Shown here: positions 24,801 to 37,140 of the stretch, in pieces
Position numbering within the stretch: the stretch's first letter is position 1
Layout: every line of letters begins with the position of its first letter
The notes under the pieces: model-generated
Databases searched by the model: none
Told to the model about the DNA's origin: nothing
Seen by the model: the letters and a program-made list of their open reading frames with translations, nothing else
Assembly: GCA_951406725.2 (NCBI GenBank)
Contig: OX597817.1
Coordinates: forward strand, 53,382,001 to 53,446,000
DNA: 64,000 bases
Source: Octopus vulgaris
Taxonomy: Eukaryota
Reading direction: 5' to 3'
Made by a program: the position numbers and the translations under genes

Positions 24801-24937
24801 TAACTGTGAGCAACTTCACTAATTGGAGTATGAGTCAATGAGAGAGCCTCTACGTGCTTGCTAGTTCTCCAAGGAAAATTTGCAGCCAAATCCCTCTGTA
24901 AACACTTAATCTTTGTGTTACCATTTTTGTTGAAATA

Positions 24938-26141
24938 CGAGATGGTATCAAAAGGTTCCTAGACTAGTTATGTTTAATAAAAATTAACTTATTTACCCAA
25001 GTTTTAACACCTGCTCCTTCGAAATAGTCACCTTGCGTAGCAATACATCAGTCCCGGTGTTGCTGCCACATTTAGAATCTGGCCTGGAGGTCGTTTTCTG
25101 TAAGTGGGTCAAGGACCTTCTGCAATTCACTCTTGATCTCAACAATAGTGTCAAAATGGTGACCTTTGAGCTGCATTTTCATCTTGGGGAAGAGATGGAA
25201 GCCCACAGATACTAAATCTGGTGAATAGGGCAGGTATGGAAGTGATACCATGTTACTTTTGGCTGTAAACTCATGAGTGAGGAGAGCTCTGTAAAGAATC
25301 CGATTCTTTGTGTGCCACTGATCTGATTGTTTTCACCGAATGTCCTCCCTCAAACACTTCGAAACATTGCAGTAGAACTCTTGATTGACAGTCTGGCCCT
25401 GGGGGGCAAATTTTCAAATTCGAGCGTGATCGTTACCTTACTAGCACTTGTGCTGGTGGCATGTGAAACATTTGAGCGAAGTCGTTGCCAGTGCCGCTGG
25501 ACTGGCTCCTGTGCAGGTGGCACATAAAAAGCACCATTTGGGCGTGGCCGTTGCCAGTACCACCAAACTGGCCCTCGTGCCAGTGGCACGTAAAAGCACC
25601 CACTACACTCTTGGAGTGGTTTGCGTTAGGGAGGGCATCCAGCTGTAGAAACTCTGCCAGATCAGATTGGAGTCTTGTTCGCCAGACCTCAGTCAAACTG
25701 TCCAACCCATGCTAGCATGGAAAGCAGACGTTAAATGATGATGATGACATTTCTGGGGGTGACGCTTGTGGCAGGTCTTCCGGATAGCTCATCATCTTCC
25801 AGGAACATTCTTCTGCTTTTGGCATGCCTGTGACACTTGAAACATTGTGTACGACCCATTGCCTCATCACCATAATCTTGCTGAAGCATACTCAATGTCC
25901 TTGTAGCAGACTTCCCAATTTTGATGTTGGCTCTTTGTTCCGTCCATGACCAAATTGCAGACTACAGCATACATGTGATCAGAAAAACACAAATTTCACT
26001 ACTTGCGAAGTAAACTCAGCAATGTCACTTGGCACACTGCATCATGAAGGTCACAGCTAGCTTTCACTGCACACTCAACCATGTGCTGCCATCTGTTGGT
26101 GCACTACAAAACTAGTCTGGGAACGTTTTGATACCACTTCG
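24938..26141 (-). mobile_element. Decayed mariner element with internal deletion and a nested SINE B (~25414-25748)
   Basis: TA|cgagatggtatcaaaaggttcctagactagtt ... aactagtctgggaacgttttgataccacttcg|TA; minus-strand remnants EQRANIK, YGDEAMGRTQCF, EDDE.SGRP, PQGQTVNQEFYC, PYSPDL..FHLFPKMK. Confidence 0.85.
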
Positions 26142-27278
26142 TACGCAGTCTTGGTTCCAATCAGTTTTTAAAATAAGGATAAATTTAATGAAGTAACATT
26201 GTCATTATTGATCTGGTGTTTGGAACCATATATTAACATGTAATTTTGATGGACGGTTGCAAATTAGAGCAGGAATGGTCCCTCTGTTAAACTTCAGCCA
26301 TCAAGAAGTGGTTTAGGGGCTCTTAGTCTTTTTTCTAACTTTCTGAATAAGAGATCTGTAGGAAAAATGCATCCAAGAGTGTTTTTAGCCTCTAGCTTTG
26401 TAGTGTTAGTGTTAGTAAAAGATAGCTTTGTAGTCTTAGTGTTAGTAAAAGATAGACATCCTACCCTGGACCTATTCTCTCACGTAGAACATGTCCAGGT
26501 AATCTGGTATTCTATTTCAGCAGACATGTACCAAAAGCCTTAAAGAAAAAAAGTTTAATATAAATATGAGCAGAGAACTCTTAGATAATTAGTGTAACAT
26601 CTTATCAACAGGGGAAGATGAGGGTGATTTATGTAGGGGGTATATAAATAACTGGAAGTGTTGAAGATAGTAAATGTAAGGTATAGAATCAACAGGGTGA
26701 TTCTGGGATGATTAATGTTGGTTTTATGATTGGAGGAAAACATGTTTAGGAAGAGATCTCCAGAGGAATATAGAATTTGAGGAAATGTTTGGCAAAGTGT
26801 GCTTTGTACACAGTCTACGAGGAAGAGTGAGATACTGTGTGTGTGTGTTTGGCATTGGAAGAGGATAGTTAGGTGCATCAAATGGGGTTTGAGTGATGAT
26901 GGTGATGTAGAGTCAGCTGGTTCAGAGTCACAGACAACAAAGGAATTAGTGGTGACCTCTGTTGGCATGGAGGATATTGCACGAAGCATCAGAATTTGCA
27001 ACATTACAAACACCTTCACATTTGTTAATTTTAGATGTTTCTTGGTTTAGTAATAATGTTCTGCTGCAACTCTTTGGTCTAAATTATGTTGGTTCATTAC
27101 TTGTCATGACCAGTGAATTATATTAAGTAGATGAGAGGCAAATCTCTCTTTTCTTTGATAAGATGCTGGCATGTCAGAGGTCACTTTGCAACATCCCTGA
27201 TGCCTATTCTAAACTACACGTAAACCTATGATGAAAGTAAACAAAGATTGTTTTAGAAGTGTTGAGATGTATTGAAAA

Positions 27279-27660
27279 ATACAGAAATAAATTTTTTATT
27301 CTCAAACACATGATAATGCTAACAAAATATTGTGAACAGGATAAATTATCCATACATAGCAGAAAAATACGTTATCGACCACCCATGAGACTCGAACTCA
27401 CATCCCTGTGATTATGCGTCAAGTTGAATTTAACATTAGCGTTTTATGAAGCTAAATTTATAAGTTCTAAAATTGCAGAAGAATTTGTTACTGGGCAGTT
27501 TAGCTTAATGGTAAAGCACTTGATGCGTATTCACAGGGATGTGAGTTCGAGTCTCATGGCTGGCTGGTGACGTATTTTTCTGCAATGCATGGATAATTTA
27601 TCCTGTCCACATTTTATTAGCATTATCACGCGTTTGAGAATAAAAAATTTATTTCTGTAT
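27279..27660. repeat. Inverted repeat with ~145-bp arms, built from a tRNA-derived element
   Basis: 27279-27424 is the diverged reverse complement of 27518-27660. Confidence 0.85.
27494..27564 (+). pseudogene. tRNA-like head (Thr/Met-like pseudo-tRNA)
   Basis: ggcagtt-ta-gctt aatggta aagc ... gtgag ttcgagt ctcat-ggctggc; anticodon stem mispaired. Confidence 0.6.
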
Positions 27661-28161
27661 GTATTTAATTAAATACCAGCATCTGGAAACTAGATTAATC
27701 TACTCTCAAGTTGATACCAGAAACAGTTTAATTATTGAATTAATTTGTTAACTTATGGATAATTACAAAAATTTCTAGTGATAGATGACTATAGTGTTAG
27801 AGTATTAATTATTATTATTATTAATAATAATAATTAGTTGAGTGTATTTTTGGATCACCCTATTGAAGAACAAAGTTCTCAGAACAACTAACAAAAATAT
27901 CTTTTGGTTACAACATTGACTAATTAGGCAAATTAACGATACTGGAACATTGTCATTGATTGCCCTCTAACGAGTTGTCATTTCATATTCCTCATCATAA
28001 TCCTCTTCATTTTTTTGTCATTGTCATCATCACCATCACAAACCCCTACCATCACTGAATATCTTTAAAGTAGCCACTATCCTATGAATCCCTTGTACTT
28101 CCCGAAAGTGATGGACTTGAAGTCTTCAAGCAAGTGCACAGGTATTTTACGTGATCAGTTC

Positions 28162-28385
28162 TTATTTCTTTATTGCCCACAAGGGGGCTAAACGTAGAGG
28201 GGACAAACAAAGACAGACAAAGGCATTAAGTCGATTACATCGACCCCAGTGCGTAACTGGTACTTAATTTATCAACCTTGAAAGGACGAAAGGCAAAGTT
28301 GATCTCAACGGAATTTGAACTCAGATGAAATACTGCTATGCATTTTGCCTGGCGTGCTAATGTTTCTGCCAGCTTGCTGCCTTAT
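28162..28385 (-). mobile_element. SINE family C (gcccacaagggg tail subtype)
   Basis: Near full-length reverse complement of 31549-31782. Confidence 0.85.
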
Positions 28386-29248
28386 TACCTGATCAATTCT
28401 ATTGCCAACATACCAATTGACAACAGGGAATGTCACAGAAACGTTTAGTCTTCTGCGCTCAACACTAAACAAAGGTGTGGCTTCAGAGGATTTTGGTTGT
28501 TATCTGTTGCAGGCCAAGGCCATGTAGAAGTTCCCTTGTTGGTTCACACAACTTGTAGATGGTGGTACGATAATTCTGTGATTCACTTCCTCTCTGCTTT
28601 TGTTATCTCCTCTGACATTCCATAACCTGACTAAAATATCTGAGTGGACAGTTTTTGTTTTAAATACTGGTTTATATAAAACTGATAGATGATGCACTTG
28701 GTCTTTGTGGGTGTGTGTGTGTGAGTGCACGTACTTGTATATTTATCTTGACAGGCCCCTGACTAGTTGTTTATCCCTCATATCAACAATTGATCAGACT
28801 TCCGATAAAATGTTCAAGACCTGGGTGTGGTTGTGTGGTTAAGAAGTATACTTTGCAACCATGTGATCTTAGGTTCAGTTCACAGCATGGCAACTTGGTC
28901 AGGTCTTTTATTGTTTCCTTGGGCTGGCTAAGGCTTTCTGAGTGGAAGTACTAAGCAGAAACTGTTTGAAAGTTTATTGTATACTTTTTGTTTTTCAACA
29001 TATTCCAGCCCTTCAGCTGTGGCCATTCTGGGAACTGGTATTAAAAATGTGTGCTCACAACAAAACAACATATGTATGGAGCATGTGTGTGTGTGTGTGT
29101 GAAGTGTTTGTTTGTTTGGGTATGTCCATATAGTTGTCATTTTCACTTGTTCACATGAGATGCTTTCGTCATAAGACAGTGTTGTGTTTACATTGCTAGT
29201 GGATGTTATGTCCTGTAGTTCTGCACTCTTAGTGGAATGAAAATATCT

Positions 29249-29542
29249 GGATCTTTTCACTTTGACCGGCAGATTTTTAAAATAATTTCTTTGTAACTAA
29301 ACACTTTTAAACTTCGTATACTGGTAGAATGTGTTACATAAAACATCTTTTTCTCTTGGCTTTCTTGAGAAAATTCTGTAGTTTGTAAGCTATTTGTTCT
29401 TAAATTTCTTGCATTTCAGCAATTTCAACCAATCAATGACGTCTGTTGAGGTGAATACAATTTCTGCTGTTGTTTGTCAACAACAATTTCCTGCGGTGTC
29501 TACTCAGATTTTAAAAATCTGCCGGTCAAAGTGAAAAGATCC
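29249..29542. mobile_element. MITE with ~30-bp TIRs starting GG and an 8-bp TSD (Merlin-like)
   Basis: ggatcttttcactttgaccggcagatttttaaaat / attttaaaaatctgccggtcaaagtgaaaagatcc; flanks aaatatct / aaatatcc. Confidence 0.8.
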
Positions 29543-29589
29543 AAATATCCCTTACTGGTAAAACTAGTGAAGGTTGACTGCAGGAAGAG

Positions 29590-30192
29590 CTTACAGAGGG
29601 GGAGGAGCGCTAAGCAGTGATAAGTAAAATCAGTCGGAATATATTTGAGGCATGTTCTAACTGGGGAGCAAGTTACTGTGTTTTGTCATGGAAAATATAT
29701 CCCGTTTGTTGACAAATGGTTTGTATACACCTAGATCAGCTTGCAGTGCCACCTTCCCAGACTGAGATTCTAGCATTTCAGTGTAGTTATCTCCTCTAGG
29801 CAGGGACACTATGTGCTGATTGAAGAGATTGATTCTCTTATGCTTTTCCAGTCACCATTCAGTGACTGGTAGCGCTATTAAGTGGCTCACTGTTAGTAAA
29901 TTACAGACGGGGAGCAGCACTAAGCAGTGATAAGTAAAATTGTAATGTTATCATCAGTCCAAATATGTTTGAGGTACATTCAAACTGGCAGGGCAAGCTT
30001 CTCACTGGGGAATTACAACCGTGTTTCGTGGTCTGCTACCACAACAGCTCCTTTATAGGATCCAGTTCGCTCAAGACATCATCAGGAGGAACCACGTCCA
30101 GTTTCGGCCCCTACTCCTCTACCTTGTCATGGTAAATATATCCCATTTGTTGACAAATGGCATGCATACACCTAGATCAGCTTGCAGCACCA
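29590..30192. repeat. Diverged direct duplication (29590-29752 vs 29900-30192; second copy has ~130 bp extra)
   Basis: taagcagtgataagtaaaat and ttgtcatgg.aaatatatccc.tttgttgacaaatgg...acacctagatcagcttgcag each occur twice. Confidence 0.8.
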
Positions 30193-30580
30193 TGTACCCC
30201 GACTGAATGTTTATGTCCTTGCAACTTAGCATTTTGGCAAAAGAGGCTGATAGTGTACCAGGCTTTAAAAACAAATTAGTACTGGGGTGCCCCAGCATGG
30301 CCACAATGAAATGACTGAAACAAGTAAAAGATAACAGAAACACACACACACATGTTCATTATCTAACATATCTATTTTGTTTTAGCAACAACAGTATGTG
30401 GTTAGGTGAATTTAACAGGATGTATAACCATGCAAAGTTTCTTCTTTTACTGATATTAAAAATATTATCCAATCGCAAGCTACCCATTAATAAATTGTGT
30501 AGGAAATTGTTTTGTCAAGTAGACTTGTGTGGCGCACCTTTCATTTGAACATGTTTAATTATTGCCAACCAAGAATTATT

Positions 30581-30943
30581 CTTTTCTACTCTAGGCACAA
30601 GGCCTGAAATTTTTTGGGGAGGGGGCTAGTTGATTAGATGGACCCCAGTATGCAACTGATAAATTAATCGACCCCGAAAGGATGAAAGGCAAAGTGGACC
30701 TCGGTGGAATTTGAACTCACAATATATATTTCTTTACTGCCTTCAAGGGGCTAAACATAGAGGGGACAAACAAAGACAGACAAATGGATTAAGTCGACCC
30801 CAGTGTGTAACTGGTACTTATTTAATCGACCCCGAAAGGATGAAAGGCAAAGTCGACCTCAGCAGAATTTGAACTCAGAACATAAAGACAGACGAAATAC
30901 TGCTAAGTGTCCGGTGTGCTAACATTTCTGCCAGCTCACCGCC
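30581..30943 (-). mobile_element. SINE family C dimer within one 19-bp TSD
   Basis: ttgccaaccaagaattatt at 30562-30580 and 30944-30962. Confidence 0.8.
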
Positions 30944-31548
30944 TTGCCAACCAAGAATTATTATGGCCTTACTTAATCACTGTCTGCAGTTGGTGTTTAT
31001 CTTTTACGTTGTATCTTTGGACTGTGGCCTTGCTGGAGCACCACCTTGAAGAGTTAAGTTGAACAAATTAACCCCAGTACTTATTTCTTTTTTATGCCTG
31101 GTAATTATTCTGTTGGTCTCTTTTGCTGAACCACTAAGTTATGGGAAAGTAAAGAAATCAACACTGGTTGTCAAGCAGTGTGGAATAAACATCACACACA
31201 CACACACACACACACACACTTGGCTTCTTTCTGTTTCCATCTATCAAATCCACCCAGAAGGATTTGGTCAGCCTGGAAATATACTGACAAATGGTGAATG
31301 CAGCACTGCACCACAGTGTTGCATATGTCCACACCAGATCTGCTAGTCTATCAGTCAAATAGCTTGGACATTATTTCAAAGAGGACGGCATGCAAACAAC
31401 ATTGTCTGAATGAAACTTTTTGGTACGGATCAATGCAATGTCCAAACTACAAGAATGTATGCGTGCATGTGCATGTACACACACACACACACACACAACA
31501 GGTTTCCTCCAGTTTCCTTCTACTATATTTCATTAATAAGGCATTGAA

Positions 31549-31782
31549 AGGCGTCGAGCTGGCAGAAACGTTAGCATGCCGGGCGAAATGCGTAGCCGTA
31601 TTTCGTCTGCTGGTACGTTGTGAGTTCAAATTCCGCCGAGGTCGACTTTGCCTTTCATCCTTTCGGGGTTGATAAATTAAGTACCAGTTAAGCACTGGGG
31701 TCGATGTAATCGACTTAATCCGTTTGTATGTCCTTGTTTGTCCCCTCTATGTTTAGCCCCTTTTGGGCAATAAAGAAATAAG
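31549..31782 (+). mobile_element. SINE family C, young full-length copy with TSD
   Basis: CpG-rich, intact head, B box and central domain; flanking tatttcattaataaggc duplicated. Confidence 0.9.
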
Positions 31783-33014
31783 TATTTCATTAATAAGGCT
31801 TTGATTAAACTAAGTTACAGTAAAGGCACCTGCCAATGGCATCTCTTCTTTGGGAGTGAACCCACAACCATATGATTCTGAAGCAAACTTCGTAACCAAA
31901 CAGCCATGCTTACACCTCTTTATAGAATAATAATTCTAAAGTAGACACTTTTAGACAGAACTACCAATTTTAGATAGAATTAGAAACCTATAACTTGTAG
32001 CACCTCCTGGGAGAATGCAATATTCAATTACATGACAGGCCGCCTGCCATTCCCTTCTCCCTAAATTAGCTGCTACGAAACCGTTTCTGCTATTTTAATG
32101 ATAATTCTAGATTCTAGTTTCTGAAAAGGAAAAAGAAAAAAATTAAAATATTGTTAAGTCATGAAATAATGCTGTCGCACAACAATCTAGTACTGGATGG
32201 CTTTTATTGTTGAAGGGTTTTGAATGGCTGGGAATGTAGGGTAAGGTTAAGTTGACCCTGAAAATGATGGTTTGTACCTCTATGGGTGTTTATAATTTGA
32301 TCCGCCGACATTCTTGAGTTTTTGTTTAAAACAGAATTGTGAGTTTATGTATTTATTATTTTTTTCTATTTATTATCATTTACTTTAGAAAGGATCTGTT
32401 TTGTTGATTGATGGTTGACAGGAAAAAATGTCTGGTAGGATACAGGAAGAGGACAATGTTGAGTCATCAGTTTAGATATAAATAGAATTGAGGGTTTGGA
32501 TAAATGGATGGAATGATTAGTGGGGAATGTATGGGAAGTGTGCGTGTGTGTGTGGCAAATTACAAACTCATTAGAGAGTTCTTGTGGTTGGATGCATAAG
32601 GTACATTGTGTGTGTGTGTGAGACAGGGAGAGAGAGGAAGATTGCTTTACTTCAAGCTATCTGTGTAATTAAGAAGTCAGTGCTGGGTGCTGTAATATAG
32701 GGGTGAATTAAGTGAACTGAGGCTCCTTCCCACTCTTTTCTTCCATATCTTTTAAATTCTGATTTATGTAATTTTATTTAACTTTGTGAATATCCTCAGG
32801 AAATGTACAACATTCCTTTTATTTTTTTCTGCAAATATCTTAAGCATAACTCTTACATCAGAAGTTATTATTAGTATTTTCATTTTCATAGAATCTAATT
32901 CAGAATCAGTCAATTAAACAGCAGTTAATGACTGGAGTTGGGTGAGCAGGCCTTGCCCCTTCCCTACCAAATTTGTAACATTGTACCAATTTACAAAATT
33001 ATTATTATTTGTTA

Positions 33015-33640
33015 CTGTGCTGGACAAAATGCTTAGCAGTATTTCACCTGTCTTTTTGTTCTAAGTTCAAATTCTGCTGAGGTTGACTTTGCCTTTCTTC
33101 CTCTCAGGGTCAGTAAATTAAGTACCAGTGAAACACTGGGGTTGATGTAATCAACTAGTCTCTTCCCCCCAAATTTCAGGCCTTGTGCCTTTAGTAGAAA
33201 AAATTATTAAGATGGTGAGCTGGTAGAATTATCAGAGCATCAGAAAACTAACTTTTGTTCTGTATTATTTGTTCTGAGATCAATTTTGCCTTTCATCCTT
33301 TGAGGGTCAATAAAATAAAGTACCAGTCAAGTACTTGGGTTGATAGTATCGATTAATCAATCCCCTTCACTAAAAATTGCAAGCCTTGTTCCTAAATCGG
33401 AAACCATTGTTAATATTAACACAGCGGATTAGCAAAATTGTGAGAGTTGGTAAAAGATGTTTTGCAGTATTTATTTCAGCTCCCTTTGTTTTCTGAGTTT
33501 ATATCCTGCTGAGGTTCACTTTGCCTTTCCCATTGTTAGGAGTCATTAAAATAAAGTACCAGTTGAGTGCTGGTACTTTATATTATCTTCAACTTCTGAG
33601 GTCACAAAACTGCTAAACTTGTGCCTATATTAGAAACCGT
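33015..33640 (+). mobile_element. Three tandem older SINE family C copies
   Basis: tttgcctttc..cct...aaagtaccagt repeated three times. Confidence 0.7.
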
Positions 33641-34997
33641 TATCTTTATATTAATATGCTGAGGTCAGATGTATGATACTGTCATGTGGTTGGTTGGAGG
33701 GAGAGGCGAAAAGAGGGAGAAGAGTGTCAGCGGAGAGAGCTAGGAGTAAAGGATTGCTATTAGATTATGTGGTTAATTTGTTATATGAAGGAAGCGCTAG
33801 AGATGTAATTATGTAATGCCAAGGATTTTGTCAAATGCTCTGCTGATTTTACTGTCTACTACCTTTAGATACAAGGATATTAAAGGCAGAGACCTGCTTA
33901 TTCTATACCTAAAGAGAAAAGTAAAACTGATTACAAGCCAATGAGGGTACTTCTACATAGTCAGTCTACCTGTTAGAAATAGCAGTCAAATCTCTTTTAA
34001 ATCACACCTACCGTCTCAAACAAAAGGACACACAGGATAATAAGACAATGTTCATGACTGGAATATTCTTTGTTCATAGATCTGCTTGATCAGGACTGAC
34101 CTGGGGCTAAACAAGAAATCAGTGATATCACGGAAATCAGAAACTGGAAGTAGGTTTCAATATTTAGAAAGGTGCCAAAATACAGTTAGTTTCATGAAAC
34201 AGATATTCTGATACTTCATGTCAGAGTGACCAGTTCCAAAGAAATGTTCTTTGAAAAGATGAATAAAAATAAAACAATATCAAGAAAAAAAAACATGAAA
34301 AAGAAAAGTATTTAACAAAATAAAATGTTCAGAGAAGACAGTTTTGATAAAAGAGTTTCTGATCAAATCTGCTTTGTCATTAGGGAAACTCATTTAAAGG
34401 CGCCTGGCTGACAATCAACTTATCTTAATCAGAATCTCTAGGGTAATCTGCCCATCCCTTTTATATTTAAGCTCCAAACTGGTTTATTGTCAGGGTTAAA
34501 CATATTGATGCTGTTGAGCTCATCTGTAATCTGTCTACCACTGTGAGTCATCAATTAAGATACTGATCCAGCTACAACTTAGCAAGCTAATACACTGCCA
34601 CACGTACACACACATACACATGTGCACACTCTTTCATACACACACATTGCATATGACCACAACAAAAAAGCCATTTGACATTTTGCAGCAGCAATGTTTG
34701 ATAAAGTATTGATTCCAGTAAAAGCCATTGCCAGTATCATTAGCTAAATGAAATCAAGATTCTAAAAATGACTTTCCACTATTTCACATCTCATATGCTA
34801 CAAATGGTTTCCTTAACAAATTTCCCCAAAGACTGATGCAACTCTATCCTTAAGGTGTTTAAGAAAGGATAGTTGGTTTGATGCCATATTTAAGTGATAG
34901 CTTATTGGCTGAAATATTATTAGCCTGACCCAGCAGACCTACAATCAAAAGCATCTTGTCATTTTATATATCAAGGACTGTATTATCCAGTGTGGCC

Positions 34998-35253
34998 TTC
35001 CATTTTAAAGATGGAACGATATGACTGGAAGGAGATTTGGATGCTATTTCTAGCAGGTTGAGTGACCATGTAGATTTTCTTTCATTAGCTCAACTGAAGT
35101 GTATTGTAACTTGGTGATAATTTCTTCCATTTTAAAGATGGAAGGATATGACTGGAAGGAGATTTGGATGCTATTTCTAGCAGGTTGAGTGACCATGTAG
35201 ATTTTCCTTCATTAGCTCAACTGAAGTGTATTATAACTTGGTGATAATTTCTT
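34998..35253. repeat. Recent 127-bp tandem duplication
   Basis: Units start at 34998 and 35125 and are nearly identical. Confidence 0.9.
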
Positions 35254-35567
35254 GTTACCAGTTCACTTTGCTTGCAATATCACCGTTGATGTCCTTAAGA
35301 AAGACTTAATCCTCTTCCATTATTAATGTCCATTCTCTAGAATTCTCCAACATCATACTTCCATTAGAAATAGTAATTTACTGTGAGATGAAAGCATGTA
35401 TTATCGTCACTTCCCAGCTGAGTTACTGCCATTAGGAATGTCAACCAGGTGTAAAATAATGTTGCAATAAATATGAGATAGCCCGTATATCAATCTAAAT
35501 TGAGATTTATTGTTTGGTCAACATTCCAGTTATGATTATCCTCTTGAGTTAAAGTTATCTCTCTTAA

Positions 35568-35790
35568 CACATTAAGTCCCAGAGTACTAAAATTTCTGAT
35601 TAACACTTTTAAATTTTTACAGATGATTGAAAATAGGTTAAAATGAAAAATATAATTATTAAATCTCCTTTACTTCAAGTAGAAATTAAAATACTCAGTG
35701 TCCTATAAATAGGGCACTGGGACAATGTGATATAACTGATTTAATGTTCTCATTTAGTGTCCTATTTATAGGACAGTGGGACTTAATGGG
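35568..35790. mobile_element. piggyBac-like MITE
   Basis: TTAA|cacattaagtccca ... tgggacttaatggg; internal inverted gtgtcctataaatagg / cctatttataggaca. Confidence 0.55.
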
Positions 35791-36159
35791 TTGTTAATAC
35801 AGACGTTTTGTCCTGTGTCACTTGAGGTTCAACTCCACTTCATGGCATTTTGCACAAATGGCCTTTACATAGCCTCTGGTCAACCAAAGCCTCACAAATG
35901 AAATCCTATGGGCAGAAACTGTGGAAGCTCATTACAGGAATGTTTGATGGCAGTCTTAATCCATTGCTTGATTTAACCCTTTAGCATTTAAAATGACCGT
36001 ATTTGGCCTAAATATTCTGGTTTATATTCAAACTGGCCAAATCCAGCCTCTCATGCTTACTCAACAATGTCATTTTGAAAATAAACAAGCACATCATTAA
36101 AATCTTGAAGGTATGAGATAATGCATGACTAATTAAAAAAAAATGTGGATATATAATCA

Positions 36160-36323
36160 TAGGCGTAGGAGTGGCTGTGTGGTAAGTAGCTTGCTTACTA
36201 ACCACATGGTTCCGGGTTCAGTCCCACTGTGTGACACCTTGGGCAAGTGTCTTCTACTATAGCTTCAGGCTGACCAAAGCCTTGTGAGTGGATTTGGTAG
36301 ACGGAAACTGAAAGAAGCCTGTC

Positions 36324-36358
<35 letters not shown>

Positions 36359-36465
36359 TGTGTGTCTGTGTTTGTCCCCACAACATAGCTTGACAACCGA
36401 GGCTTGTGTGTTTACATCCCTTTAACTTAGCGGTTCAGCAAAAGAGACCAATAAAATAAGTACTT
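36160..36465 (+). mobile_element. SINE family A, 3'-truncated
   Basis: ggagtggctgtgtggtaagtagc...gggttcagtccc... Confidence 0.85.
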
Positions 36466-36855
36466 GGCAATTAGTATTTTGGAAGCATAATGTCTATAAA
36501 CACAACTTCACCAAATTTCCTCATCAGATCTTTCCCCACCACTTGTTCTTCATCTCTAATCTCCCAATCACTTGCCAACTGCAATATTCTGCTGCTGTAA
36601 TCAAATGAGGGTAGAAGTACATATTTTATTATCTTTTCTTTGATACCAGTTATCTTTCTCACTACTTGGAACCATTTCCATTGACTTCCATCCTTCATTC
36701 TAACATTGTCTTTCAATCTTTAACATTTTGCATTGATCACTCCCACTCTTTCTATGTTACCAAATTATATCATCCTCTTCCCTGAACCACTTCCTATTAA
36801 CTTATCCATATTGCCATACTTTGCCTGCACTATATCTTTCTCTCTGAAGAGACAC

Positions 36856-37140
36856 ATGGCCTAGTGGTTAGAGCAGTGGACTCAAGGTTGAGAGATCATG
36901 GGTTTGAATCTCCAACCGGGTGATGTGTATATTTATGAACAAAACACCTAAGTTCCATGTGGCTCTGGCAGAGCATAATGGTGAACTGCTAACTCTTTCG
37001 CCACAACTTTCTCTCTTTCTTCCTGCATCTAGCAGCTCACTTGTGATGGACAGGTGTTCTGTCCAGCTGGGGAACCTATAGGTCAATGAAACTGGAAAAC
37101 CAGCCCTTATGAGCCAGGCATGGCTTGAGAAGGAACAAAC
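36856..37140 (+). mobile_element. SINE family D, second copy
   Basis: Collinear with 22875-23161. Confidence 0.85.

Noticed and set aside
27494-27564. Functional tRNA gene
   Set aside because: The anticodon stem is mispaired, the two arms disagree on the anticodon (CGT vs CAT), and it is embedded in a repeat.
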